A stretch of DNA of 64,000 nt, taken from an uncultured bacterium. GTDB taxonomy: Bacteria > Bacteroidota > Rhodothermia > Balneolales > DATFMH01. The translations under genes and the position numbers were made by a program. The DNA lies in NCBI GenBank assembly GCA_963787205.1, contig CAWBCD010000009.1, positions 67,524-131,523 of the forward strand, written 5' to 3'. Shown in pieces: positions 39,740 to 49,041 of this stretch (position 1 is the first letter of the stretch; every line of letters starts with the position of its first letter). The notes beneath the pieces were generated by a model. That model did no database searches, was not told the origin of the DNA, and saw only the letters and a program-made list of their open reading frames with translations.

Positions 39740-39915
39740 CAAGATCAGCTATCGGTAATTATAATCAGTGATCAGTTGAAACGCAGGAACTGATAAGAAT
39801 TGGTTGTTTGCTGGCAACTGTCCGTCAATCACAAAAAAGCGTATTGATCAGGCAAGCAAAGTGTAGAAAGGTTTCTTGAAAAGTTTCATCTTGTTAAAAA
39901 ATAACCCATATCAAG

Positions 39916-40398
39916 ATGAGAATCCGAAAGCCTGCACTCAATTTCATTATAGACAGCGTCTCTTTCTTTGCGTTTGTCTTGTTGATCACCACCGGTGTAT
40001 TGATGCGTTATTTGTTGCCACCGGGATCCGGACGCATTTCCACAATTTGGGGCTGGAACCGCCACGATTGGGGTGACATCCACTTTTGGATAGCAGTAAT
40101 CTTTCTCAGTATCCTGGCACTTCATTTGATACTGCACTGGGACTGGGTTGTTTGCAGGATTAAAGGCCGCCAATGTGAGGATTCCCAGGCACGTTTCCGG
40201 GTTTTAATGGCCGTTATTGCAATCGTAGCACTTCTTGCCCTGGCACTGTCACCACTCCTGAGTCCTGTTGAAGAAAATCCCAACTCTGCACCACGTCGTG
40301 GCCGATTCGGCCATTTACAAACGATCAACCCGCCCCACCCGGATCAGAGTATAATTCTACTGAGATGGGAAAAAGACCGGTTTACCAGTCTAACCTGA
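39916..40398 (+). CDS. DUF4405-like membrane protein
   Basis: 'NFIIDSVSFFAFVLLITTGVLMRYLLPPGSG....WGWNRHDWGDIHFWIAVIFLSILALHLILHWDW' fits the DUF4405 pattern. Confidence 0.55.
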   Translation: MRIRKPALNFIIDSVSFFAFVLLITTGVLMRYLLPPGSGRISTIWGWNRHDWGDIHFWIAVIFLSILALHLILHWDWVVCRIKGRQCEDSQARFRVLMAVIAIVALLALALSPLLSPVEENPNSAPRRGRFGHLQTINPPHPDQSIILLRWEKDRFTSLT

Positions 40399-41841
40399 TC
40401 AGTCCAGCAGAGACTTAAGTGGAGTTTCAATCCCTTTGGTATCGATTTGCTGCAGGAACTCACTGATACGACCTGCCAGGCCATCAACGAGAGTCAGATC
40501 CCGATCCCAGAATTTTTGATTCTCCAGCACCTGATTAGCAATCTGTTGATAATCACCTGTCTCCCACGCATCCTGGATAAACGCGATGACCTCCTGATCG
40601 TCATTCAAAGGAATTTCATTCCCAAGCCACTCGCCTTTATAGAAGCGAATGAGGGAAGCCAGGGAGAACAACAAATGGTCCGGCAGCTCACCTTTCAGAT
40701 CAATAAATTTCAGAACAGAGGGGAGTACCCTCACTTTGTACTTGGAGATCGAATTCAGGGAGATCGAGAGCAGTTGATGTTTGATGAAAGGATTGCGAAA
40801 ACGATCCAAAACATCGTTTGCAAATGACGTAAGCTCTTCTTCGAAAAGATCCAGAGTTGGGATAATTTCCTGTTGAAGTGCCTCTTGCAGAAAATGACCT
40901 ACCACGTCATCAGTGATAGCTTCGCGAACTGTCTTCAGTCCGTAAAGGTATGCTACCGGTACCATAGAAGTATGTAAGCCATTCAGAATACGAACCTTCC
41001 GAGTGCGATATGGTGTTAAATCGCTCACGAACTTAACATTCAGACCCGCTTCTTCGGTTGGCAGAATGGTTTTAATCCATTCGGGTCCCTCAATCACCCA
41101 TAAGTGAAAAAACTCGCCGGACACGATCAGCTTATCACTATAGCCAATTTGTTGTTCAATTTCGGCTGCACGGTCTCCTGGATAGCCGGGTACAATGCGA
41201 TCGACGAGCGTATTACAGAAAGTTATCTGGTTTTCCACCCAATCTTTGAATGAACCATCCAGATTCCAGAGATCGGTATACTGCAGTATGATTCTTTTCA
41301 GGTTGCTGCCGTTTTTATCGATCAGTTCACATGGGATGACAACAAGATCTTTCGGTGGATTTCCATTAAAATGCGTGTACCGATGATGAAGCAGGGCTGT
41401 TAATTTACCGGGAAAGCTGTTGGGCAACTGTTCGTAGGAAGTATCCCTCTCATCGAAAGCGATTCCAGCCTCTGTTGTGTTGGAAATGATAAACTGCAGA
41501 TCAGGGTTTTCTGCCTGTATCAGGAAGTTTTGATAATCATCATAAGGATTGATGGCATCGTTGACTGAGGTGATAAGGCGCGTTAAATCCTTCTGTTCGC
41601 CGTTCTGAATACCTTGAAGAATCAGATGATAAAGGCCATCTTGCTTCGATAGTACGGAGGCCATTCCCCTCTCTATTGGCTGGATAACCTGAACGGATCC
41701 GTTAAATCCGGCTTTCTCATTCAAAACATCAATGATCCAGTCAACGAAGGCCCGGAGAAAATTCCCTTCTCCAAACTGAAGTACTTTTACCGGATGAGTT
41801 GTTGAAATATTGGCGGTTTTTCGGTTTAGAGGTTTAAGCAT
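40399..41841 (-). CDS. uxaB: Tagaturonate reductase (altronate oxidoreductase)
   Basis: It has 'VLQFGEGNFLRAFVDWIID', 'SNTTEAGI', 'IPCELID', 'CNTLVDRIVPGYP' and 'FRNPFIKHQLLSISLN', colinear with E. coli UxaB. Confidence 0.92.
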   Translation of the reverse strand: MLKPLNRKTANISTTHPVKVLQFGEGNFLRAFVDWIIDVLNEKAGFNGSVQVIQPIERGMASVLSKQDGLYHLILQGIQNGEQKDLTRLITSVNDAINPYDDYQNFLIQAENPDLQFIISNTTEAGIAFDERDTSYEQLPNSFPGKLTALLHHRYTHFNGNPPKDLVVIPCELIDKNGSNLKRIILQYTDLWNLDGSFKDWVENQITFCNTLVDRIVPGYPGDRAAEIEQQIGYSDKLIVSGEFFHLWVIEGPEWIKTILPTEEAGLNVKFVSDLTPYRTRKVRILNGLHTSMVPVAYLYGLKTVREAITDDVVGHFLQEALQQEIIPTLDLFEEELTSFANDVLDRFRNPFIKHQLLSISLNSISKYKVRVLPSVLKFIDLKGELPDHLLFSLASLIRFYKGEWLGNEIPLNDDQEVIAFIQDAWETGDYQQIANQVLENQKFWDRDLTLVDGLAGRISEFLQQIDTKGIETPLKSLLD

Positions 41842-42219
41842 GCAAATTTTGGGTTTTGATTATGGATACCACCTGAATTGTTAACCCCCGAAAATAATAG
41901 TCGCAGGTAATGGCTTTTCGAAATCCTTATTTTACCGGTAACATTGCCTGACGAAAAATAACAAACGATACACCAAATGCAAGATAATGATAAAATTTTG
42001 CCTCCACAAAGAAAGTGAAATTTGAATTGAAACGTAATGAAACAGGGTTTTAAAGAGACCTAGTGCTAATACCAGTTAATTTGTAAAGTAATTAGCCGCG
42101 GATTTACGCGGATCCAAACAGATTAAATCTAAGTTTATCTGTGCCAATCTGTGGTTAAAGCGGTAACGACTAACAACTTTAACTGACCCATAGACTAAAC
42201 TTATTTTATGGTTATGACA

Positions 42220-43257
42220 CTAGCGCCTATCAATTCCTTTTTTTAACGATGACTTTCGAATCACAAGGTCGGGGTCCAGCACCGTCTTTTCCTGATTATG
42301 AAGCAGTTCTTTGTTATCAACCTGTCTCAGAAACAGTTTTGCTGCCGTCTGTCCCATCATCTTGCCATGCTGGTCAATAGTAGTAAGAGCCGGATCTACA
42401 AATGTGGTGAAGACCTCATTACTGAATCCGACAATAGCAATTTGTTCAGGGATTTTGATACCATGCCTTTTCAGGTGATGCATGGCACCGATAGCCGTGT
42501 AATCACTTGCTGAGAATATAGCATCGGGCAACGGATGCATGGCAAGCACCTGTTTGCCCAATTCTTCCCCTGTTTCAAGTTGAGTCTCACCATATAGCAC
42601 AAGGTTTTTGTCGAAGTTCAGACCGTTGGTGATCAGTGCCTGTTTATAACCCCTGAGCCGTTCTTTATAAATACTTAAATTCTGCTGGCCGCTGAAGTGC
42701 ACAATACGCCGGCATCCTTGATGGATCAGATGCTCAACGGCTTTATAGGCTCCAAGAAAATCGTCGATGACCACGGAGCTGGTATTGAGTTCGTCCGTAA
42801 CGCGGTCAAACAGGATAAGAGGTATGCCCCGTTTCTTTATTTTCAGGTAATGATCAAATTCAACGGTATCCTTGGCGATTGATGCAAGAATTCCATCAAC
42901 CTGGGCTTCCAAAAGTGCATCAATGTTAGCTTTTTCTTTGGATATCAGATCATTGGACTGACTGATGATTACACGGTATCCGGACCTGTTTACCACTTCT
43001 TCAATTCCCCGGATGATTGTACCAAAAAAGTTACGGTCTGCCGTTGGTACAATGACCCCGATCAGATTGCTCTTCCCCTTTCGGAGTGCTGCTGCAAGGC
43101 TATTGTGCTGATAGTTTAACTTTCGGGCAACCTCAAGAACGGCTTCTTTCGTTTCCCGGCTGATCCGGGGGTGGTCCTGCAAAGCCCTGGAAACAGTAGA
43201 AGCTGTTACATTCAGCTCTTTAGCGATATCATGGATGGTAGTTCTTTTCTTTGCCAT
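42220..43257 (-). CDS. LacI family transcriptional regulator
   Basis: It has the HTH 'TTIHDIAKELNVTASTVSRALQDHPRIS' and a periplasmic-binding-protein-like core. Confidence 0.92.
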   Translation of the reverse strand: MAKKRTTIHDIAKELNVTASTVSRALQDHPRISRETKEAVLEVARKLNYQHNSLAAALRKGKSNLIGVIVPTADRNFFGTIIRGIEEVVNRSGYRVIISQSNDLISKEKANIDALLEAQVDGILASIAKDTVEFDHYLKIKKRGIPLILFDRVTDELNTSSVVIDDFLGAYKAVEHLIHQGCRRIVHFSGQQNLSIYKERLRGYKQALITNGLNFDKNLVLYGETQLETGEELGKQVLAMHPLPDAIFSASDYTAIGAMHHLKRHGIKIPEQIAIVGFSNEVFTTFVDPALTTIDQHGKMMGQTAAKLFLRQVDNKELLHNQEKTVLDPDLVIRKSSLKKGIDRR

Positions 43258-43486
43258 GGATAGTATTTAGGAGAAGCGATACATTCCATTAATCATTGCC
43301 TGCCTGCAGTAAGGTGATGCAACAAGTGTTCATGCTATAACCCTGGATCGCGTAAAAGCTTAAATGGTATCCCCAACAGAGGAGAAGATAATAAAGGAAT
43401 CGCGATATCGCTTGTTTTTGATTAGTGAAAAAGCTCTGTGATTGTATATTAATTTTAAATCAGTGAATAAAGCTGTATTAGCGCTT

Positions 43487-43903
43487 ATGAATACATCAAG
43501 GTCCTTGACATTTAAGAGATACTGCAAGACTCTGACTTTGCGGGATGATCCCGAACTTATTGAAGAATACAAGACTGTCCATGCAAATGGTGGACTATGG
43601 CCCGAGATAACACGGGGGATGAAAGAAGTCGGGATCATCGACATGGAGATATTTCTTTTCGGTAACCGGGCCTTCATGATTATGGATACCACGGCAGATT
43701 TTGATCATGACAGTGCGATGTCTCTTCTTGCAACCAAGCCCAGACAAAAAGAATGGGAGGCATTTGTTTCCCGGTTTCAGAATACCTCAGCAGACGCAAC
43801 AGCCAAAGATAAATGGCAGTTGATGGAGCGTATCTTCAAGATGGACCCCAAGCACGAGAATTCACCCGAAGAAGGCCAAATAGAATACCTTCACGATCTT
43901 TGA
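43487..43903 (+). CDS. L-rhamnose-mutarotase-family protein
   Basis: 'FKRYCKTLTLRDDPELIEEYKTVHANGGLWPEITRGMKEVGIIDMEIFLFGNRAFMIMD' fits the family. I prefer the ATG at 43487 over the TTG at 43442. Confidence 0.6.
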   Translation: MNTSRSLTFKRYCKTLTLRDDPELIEEYKTVHANGGLWPEITRGMKEVGIIDMEIFLFGNRAFMIMDTTADFDHDSAMSLLATKPRQKEWEAFVSRFQNTSADATAKDKWQLMERIFKMDPKHENSPEEGQIEYLHDL

Positions 43904-43960
43904 AAGAGGTATCGGTGCATGCTAATACGTATGGATAATCTCCCGTGATTATCACCCGCC

Positions 43961-45613
43961 TTACAAAGACACCCCCCGCTTCCATGGGATGAAATCATCC
44001 TGATCCAGTTCCATTGCTTTCGTTTTGAACTTGCCACTGGCCAGATCAATGATGTAATCGAGTATTTCTCCGCCAACATCTTCAATGGTTTTATCACCTG
44101 AAATGATAGAGCCGCTGTCGATGTCAATGATATCGGGCATTCTCTGTGCGAGTACAGTATTCGAAGAAATCTTAACGACAGGTGCAATTGGATTTCCGGT
44201 TGGTGTGCCCAGGCCCGTTGTGAATAACACGATATTGGCGCCAGCTCCGGCGAGTGCGGTTGTGCTCTCAACATCGTTTCCCGGGGTACATAGCAGATTC
44301 AGACCTGCCTTATTCACATATTCAGGATAATCGAGTACGTCGGCTACCGGAGATGTTCCACCTTTCTTTGCGGCACCCGCTGATTTCATGGCATCTGTGA
44401 TCAATCCATCCTTGATGTTGCCGGGCGAGGGGTTCATATCGAAACCGGAGCCGGAAGCGACAGCCGCATTTGAATAGGATCTCATTAAGGCAATGAAACG
44501 ATCAGCACTATTTCCGTTCACACAGCGGTTAATCAATTCCTGCTCAACGCCACAGAGTTCGGGGAACTCAGACAAGATAGTTTTCCCACCAAGGGCGGCC
44601 ATCAGATCGGAGGTGTGGCCAATAGCTGGGTTTGCAGATATGCCAGAGAAGCCGTCTGACCCTCCACATTCCAATCCGATAACGAGCTTATCCAACGGAG
44701 CCGGCTTACGTTCCAGCTTGTTTGCTTCCACTAATCCCAAAAATGTCTCACGGATAGCCTTTGACAGCATTTCGTATTCCGTACCACTTTTCTGTTGTTC
44801 AAAAACGAAAAGAGGTTTCTGGAAATCAGGATCAAGCTCCTTGATTTTTTGGCGCAGAATATCGACCTGCGCGTTTTGACAACCCAGACTCAAGACCGTG
44901 GCACCGGCAACATTCGGGTTGTGGATATAACCGGCGAGCAACCCACAAAGCGCCTCGGCATCCTGACGAATACCCCCGCAACCTCCTTCGTGAGTCAGGA
45001 ATTTGATTCCATCTACATTCTCGAAGATCGGTTTTTTACGCCTGAGATCGGACGGTTTGGGTGGGGTCGTTTGCTTTTTTATGGTTTCGGTTTCACCCTT
45101 TTGGTACAAACCGACGAGTTCTGAGACATATCGCTTGTAAACTTCCGGCTCAGAATAACCGAGCTCTTGCAGGAACGCGTTTTTCAGCATGGTGACGTTC
45201 CGGTTTTCACAAAAAACCATGGGTATAACCAGCCAGTAGTTGGCCGTCCCAACCTGACCATCCGCGCGATGATAACCGAGGAAGGTTTTTCCCTTCCATT
45301 TGCTCACATCCGGAGCCGTCCAGGATGCTGTCCGGCTCTTTTCATGAAAATCGGAGGTGACATGCTTCACATTTTCCGTTGATAGTAGTCCGCCTTTGGG
45401 TATAGGCTGGGTAGCCTTTCCAACCAGGAGGCCGTACATATAAATGCTGTCTCCGGGCTTCAGATCAGCAAGAGCAAACTTGTGTTTTGCAGGTACATGT
45501 TCACGTAAGCTAATCGGCCCCAATCCGTTGCTGATTTGTTCATTTTGCTCCAAATCAGTAAGGGCTACAAGGATATTATCGTCGGGGTGGATCTTGAGGG
45601 TTTTTACTTTCAT
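43961..45613 (-). CDS. uxaA: Altronate dehydratase
   Basis: It has the N-terminal SAF domain 'IHPDDNILVAL', 'GLECGGSDGFSGISANP', 'PSPGNIKDGLIT' and 'PGNDVESTTALAGAGANIVLFTTG'. Confidence 0.93.
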   Translation of the reverse strand: MKVKTLKIHPDDNILVALTDLEQNEQISNGLGPISLREHVPAKHKFALADLKPGDSIYMYGLLVGKATQPIPKGGLLSTENVKHVTSDFHEKSRTASWTAPDVSKWKGKTFLGYHRADGQVGTANYWLVIPMVFCENRNVTMLKNAFLQELGYSEPEVYKRYVSELVGLYQKGETETIKKQTTPPKPSDLRRKKPIFENVDGIKFLTHEGGCGGIRQDAEALCGLLAGYIHNPNVAGATVLSLGCQNAQVDILRQKIKELDPDFQKPLFVFEQQKSGTEYEMLSKAIRETFLGLVEANKLERKPAPLDKLVIGLECGGSDGFSGISANPAIGHTSDLMAALGGKTILSEFPELCGVEQELINRCVNGNSADRFIALMRSYSNAAVASGSGFDMNPSPGNIKDGLITDAMKSAGAAKKGGTSPVADVLDYPEYVNKAGLNLLCTPGNDVESTTALAGAGANIVLFTTGLGTPTGNPIAPVVKISSNTVLAQRMPDIIDIDSGSIISGDKTIEDVGGEILDYIIDLASGKFKTKAMELDQDDFIPWKRGVSL

Positions 45614-45629
45614 CGTGTAAACTGTTTAT

Positions 45630-45649
45630 TTGCGCAATCGATTGCGCAA
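45630..45649. promoter_or_regulatory. 20-bp perfect palindrome; candidate LacI-family operator in front of uxaA
   Basis: TTGCGCAATC|GATTGCGCAA lies 17-36 nt upstream of the uxaA start codon. No U-run follows it on either strand. Confidence 0.45.
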
Positions 45650-45751
45650 GTTACAAAACTACGCAGAAGGATTAAAGAAGTTATCAAGAAATCAGGCGAA
45701 TCCGTATCTGCAATTTTTAAATATAAAATGAGAGGAGTGGAAATCGGGGCG

Positions 45752-46363
45752 TCAAACGGTAACTGATGACGAATCTTTTACAATAGTAAGAAAGTTTGAC
45801 AGCAGATGTTCGCCGGTACTTCCCGATTTCTCGGGGTGAAACTGAACACCCAGGAAATTATTGTTGGCAACTACGGAGGCAAAACTGTTGATGTAATCAC
45901 ATGTCGCCAGGGAATATTGATTTACAGGCGCATAATAGCTGTGAACGTAGTAAAAATAATCTTCTTTTTGAATGCCTCTTAAAAGACTATGATCAGCAAT
46001 TTTAGTAAATGTATTCCAGCCCATATGGGGTACTTTACCCCGGATGCTGTCAAATTTCCTGAGTTTCCCCGGGATAACACCCAGCCCGGTGCTGGATCCT
46101 TCTTCGGATTCCTCAAATAGTAACTGCATCCCAAGACAAATGCCCAGCAGAGGTTTTTTAATGCCTTTCATCCAATCAATGAGGTTGTGTTCATCAAGAC
46201 TTCTCATGGCTGAATACGCATGACCAACGCCCGGGAATATGTATCCATCACAATGACCCAGTTTCTCGAGTTCGTTGGTTACGGTAAAGTTCACATTCAG
46301 ACGGTTCAGCGCATTAGTAACCGAGGCAATATTACCTGCTTCGTAATCGATGATTCCTATCAT
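45752..46363 (-). CDS. hisH: Imidazole glycerol phosphate synthase, glutaminase subunit
   Basis: It has 'MIGIIDYEAGNIASV', 'PLLGICLGMQLL' (catalytic Cys) and 'GVQFHPEKS'. Confidence 0.94.
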   Translation of the reverse strand: MIGIIDYEAGNIASVTNALNRLNVNFTVTNELEKLGHCDGYIFPGVGHAYSAMRSLDEHNLIDWMKGIKKPLLGICLGMQLLFEESEEGSSTGLGVIPGKLRKFDSIRGKVPHMGWNTFTKIADHSLLRGIQKEDYFYYVHSYYAPVNQYSLATCDYINSFASVVANNNFLGVQFHPEKSGSTGEHLLSNFLTIVKDSSSVTV

Positions 46364-46390
46364 AATGGTTGATTGGAGGTGGTTTCAGTA

Positions 46391-48097
46391 TTAATTATCG
46401 GATTCCAGGGGTTCTTGTCTGCTTGCCGACGGAGGTGCAAGAATCTTTTTTATCGTTTCTGAATGATCGCTTTCAGCCAAAATCAAAAGCTGATCCTTAT
46501 TATGGAATTTAGTACTTCCGTTTGGTATGACGATGTCGCCATCGTGCAGTAAAGCCACTACTTTTGCCTTGTCACGCAAAGGAGAAGCCTCCTCTGAGCT
46601 TAGGCTCTTGCCGCGTAGGGGACTATTCTCATCAATCTCACCGAGGAGAAAGTTTTTACCGTTTGAGAGATTGATAGGTACACCAGACTGAATGAGTTGC
46701 AAAAGTTCGAGATGACTTAAATCACTGGGTAGTTTGATATCTTTGTTTTGCAACATTCGGTAGGCCAGCCGCCAGTGTTCTTCCTCATGAGAAGGAGAAT
46801 CATAGCGGTAGGGCACTTGCCCCTTGTACATTGTTTGATGCTTGGCATGGCGCGTAAGGAATTCCTGCAAGAGGTAACTGACAATCACTGCAATACCGGC
46901 GGGAATAAGAAGTTCATAACCGCCGGTCATCTCAGTGACAAGGATGATAGCAGCGATAGGCATGCGCATAGCAGCGCCCAGGAAGGCCGTCATACCTACA
47001 ACAACAAATCCGGTTGACGACTGATGAAACAGATGCGCGATAACGCCACCTATCATAGCACCAATGAACAAGCTCGGGATAATATCTCCGCCAGAACCTC
47101 CCGAACCGACGGTAAATGAAAAGGAAACCATTTTGGCGATGATCAGGATAAGCATGATCTTGAGCGTAATATCACCGTTGAGGGTGATTTGTATCCATCC
47201 ATAACCAGCACCAAGTACCTGGGGAAGAAATAAAGCAAGAATACCGGTAAGAAGACCACCAATGGCAGGTTTTATGAATTGCGGAATCCGCAGTTTCGTG
47301 AAAAAAGATTTGGTCTCGAAATAAAGGGTCGGCATAAAGGCTGCCAATAAACCGCAGGCTATACCGAGAAGAGCAAACTCACCGAAGTTGGTAATATTGT
47401 TAAAATTGAAACTCTGTGTTATGGAGAACAGGGGTTCCCAGCCAACTATCAAAGCATTAAGCGCGTAGGCGACGAGACTGCCGATCAATGCGTATATGAG
47501 AGCCGAAGATTCAAATTCAATACTGGAATAGAGCACCTCAACGGCAAAAAAAGCAGTACCAATGGGTGAGCGGAAGATTGCTGAAAGACCGGAGGCCATC
47601 CCGACCAAAATCAGGAGACGCCGTTCACTGACCTTTCGTTTCATTATCTGGGCGTATATGGAACCAAGTCCTGCGCCAATCAAAACTGTTGGCCCTTCTC
47701 GTCCTGCCGAACCCCCGGATCCAATGGTAATGGCGGAGGCAATCATTTTAACTAATGGAACGCGTTTACGAATAAGGCCGCCCTTTCGGTGAAATGCCTC
47801 AATACCTGCATCAGTGCCTTCTTCGGCATCAGGAGCAACTTTGTAGATCAAAAGTCCGACGATCAAACCGCCTGCAGCCAGTACCAGGGGAATAAGCCAA
47901 AGTCCATGGGCACCGATATGTTGAGCCAGAGTACCGCCCTCGGAGGGCAACATAGGTTCTTTGTATCCTGCAATATCCTGGAGGAGTAACCGGTTCGACC
48001 ATTTAAGAAGAAAGATGAAGAGATTGGCTCCCAATGCCCCTAAGATTCCGATTGCAATGGAGTCGAGTATCAGACGATTTTCAGTGATTTTGCTCAC
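46391..48097 (-). CDS. ClC-family chloride channel / H+-Cl- antiporter with C-terminal TrkA-C (RCK_C)-like domain
   Basis: It has 'GSGGSAGREGP', 'GLSAIFRSPIG' and 'GGDIIPSLFIG', plus a soluble C-terminal domain 'VVALLHDGDIVIPNGSTKFHNKDQLLIL'. Confidence 0.85.
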   Translation of the reverse strand: MSKITENRLILDSIAIGILGALGANLFIFLLKWSNRLLLQDIAGYKEPMLPSEGGTLAQHIGAHGLWLIPLVLAAGGLIVGLLIYKVAPDAEEGTDAGIEAFHRKGGLIRKRVPLVKMIASAITIGSGGSAGREGPTVLIGAGLGSIYAQIMKRKVSERRLLILVGMASGLSAIFRSPIGTAFFAVEVLYSSIEFESSALIYALIGSLVAYALNALIVGWEPLFSITQSFNFNNITNFGEFALLGIACGLLAAFMPTLYFETKSFFTKLRIPQFIKPAIGGLLTGILALFLPQVLGAGYGWIQITLNGDITLKIMLILIIAKMVSFSFTVGSGGSGGDIIPSLFIGAMIGGVIAHLFHQSSTGFVVVGMTAFLGAAMRMPIAAIILVTEMTGGYELLIPAGIAVIVSYLLQEFLTRHAKHQTMYKGQVPYRYDSPSHEEEHWRLAYRMLQNKDIKLPSDLSHLELLQLIQSGVPINLSNGKNFLLGEIDENSPLRGKSLSSEEASPLRDKAKVVALLHDGDIVIPNGSTKFHNKDQLLILAESDHSETIKKILAPPSASRQEPLESDN

Positions 48098-48150
48098 AAA
48101 TCAGTTAGCATTTTTAATTAAAATTATCATAGCCCGTTTAACCGATTAGT

Positions 48151-49041
48151 TTACAACACGCCTTTTGAACTGGGAATATTGTTCAGATTACGTTCATCGC
48201 GGTGGACACACTGACGCAGAGCCCGTGCAAATCCCTTAAAGCAAGCTTCAACCTGATGATGATCGTTTTCACCGGTGAATTCAACATGCAACGTGGCCTC
48301 CATTTTAATGGCCAGCGAGTAAAAGAAATGATGAACCATTTCGGTCGGAAAATCCCCGACAAACTCCCTGTGGAATTTACCTTTGAAAACCAGGTACGGG
48401 CGTCCGGAAAGGTCGAGAGCCACCAGCGCGCGCGCCTCATCCATGGGCAATACAAACCCGTAGCGTTCAATGCCTTTTTTGTCGCCGATGGCCCGGTTGA
48501 TTGCAGTACCCAATGCCAGAGCGGTGTCTTCAATAGTATGATGTTCGTCAATCTCCAGATCACCCTTGCATTGGATGCTGAGGTCGATTTGTCCATGCCT
48601 GGCTATCTGATCAAGCATGTGATCAAAGAACCCAATTCCGGTACTGATATCTGGTTTCCCCTCGCCATCAAGGTTGATATCCACATGGATATCGGTTTCA
48701 CCGGTTTTCCGGTGAATATGGGCCGTACGTGAAGGGAAAAGCAGGTTGTCGACGAGCTGCTCCCAGGTAATTTGAGAGGCCAGCTCCTTGTCTGATGAGT
48801 CGAAGAGAAACAGCCCGGAGCCATGACCACGGACAGTATAATCGGCAGGTTTTCCGGCAATAGGCTGAATGATGATCGACTCCTGTCTTATCAGGCGTAC
48901 CTGTTCTTCAGAAAGTGTGATGTCACCCATCAATTCCCACCCGTTTTGTAACAGCCTGCGCATCCCGGAAAGGCTGCCAGCTCTGAGATAAAAGTCTGGG
49001 TTGACAGGCTTAATAGCAGTTGGGTGAATTAGTATCTTCAT
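48151..49041 (-). CDS. hisB: Imidazoleglycerol-phosphate dehydratase with a non-canonical ~125-aa N-terminal domain
   Basis: The C-terminal ~195 aa is a textbook IGPD ('RKTGETDI', 'GIGFFDHMLDQIARHG', 'GDLEIDEHHTIEDTALALG', 'NDHHQVEACFKGFARAL'). The ATG at 49041 forms an ATGA overlap with the hisC stop. Confidence 0.9.
   Translation of the reverse strand: MKILIHPTAIKPVNPDFYLRAGSLSGMRRLLQNGWELMGDITLSEEQVRLIRQESIIIQPIAGKPADYTVRGHGSGLFLFDSSDKELASQITWEQLVDNLLFPSRTAHIHRKTGETDIHVDINLDGEGKPDISTGIGFFDHMLDQIARHGQIDLSIQCKGDLEIDEHHTIEDTALALGTAINRAIGDKKGIERYGFVLPMDEARALVALDLSGRPYLVFKGKFHREFVGDFPTEMVHHFFYSLAIKMEATLHVEFTGENDHHQVEACFKGFARALRQCVHRDERNLNNIPSSKGVL

Noticed and set aside
45630-45649. The 20-bp palindrome as an intrinsic terminator for hisH
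   Set aside because: No U-tract follows the hairpin on the minus strand. Its position just upstream of the uxaA start and its CG-centred even symmetry fit an operator better.
48202-48732. 176-aa plus-strand ORF, plus minus-strand alternative-frame ORFs at 48183-48596 and 48603-48860
   Set aside because: All overlap hisB, whose frame carries a textbook IGPD sequence. These are shadow ORFs.
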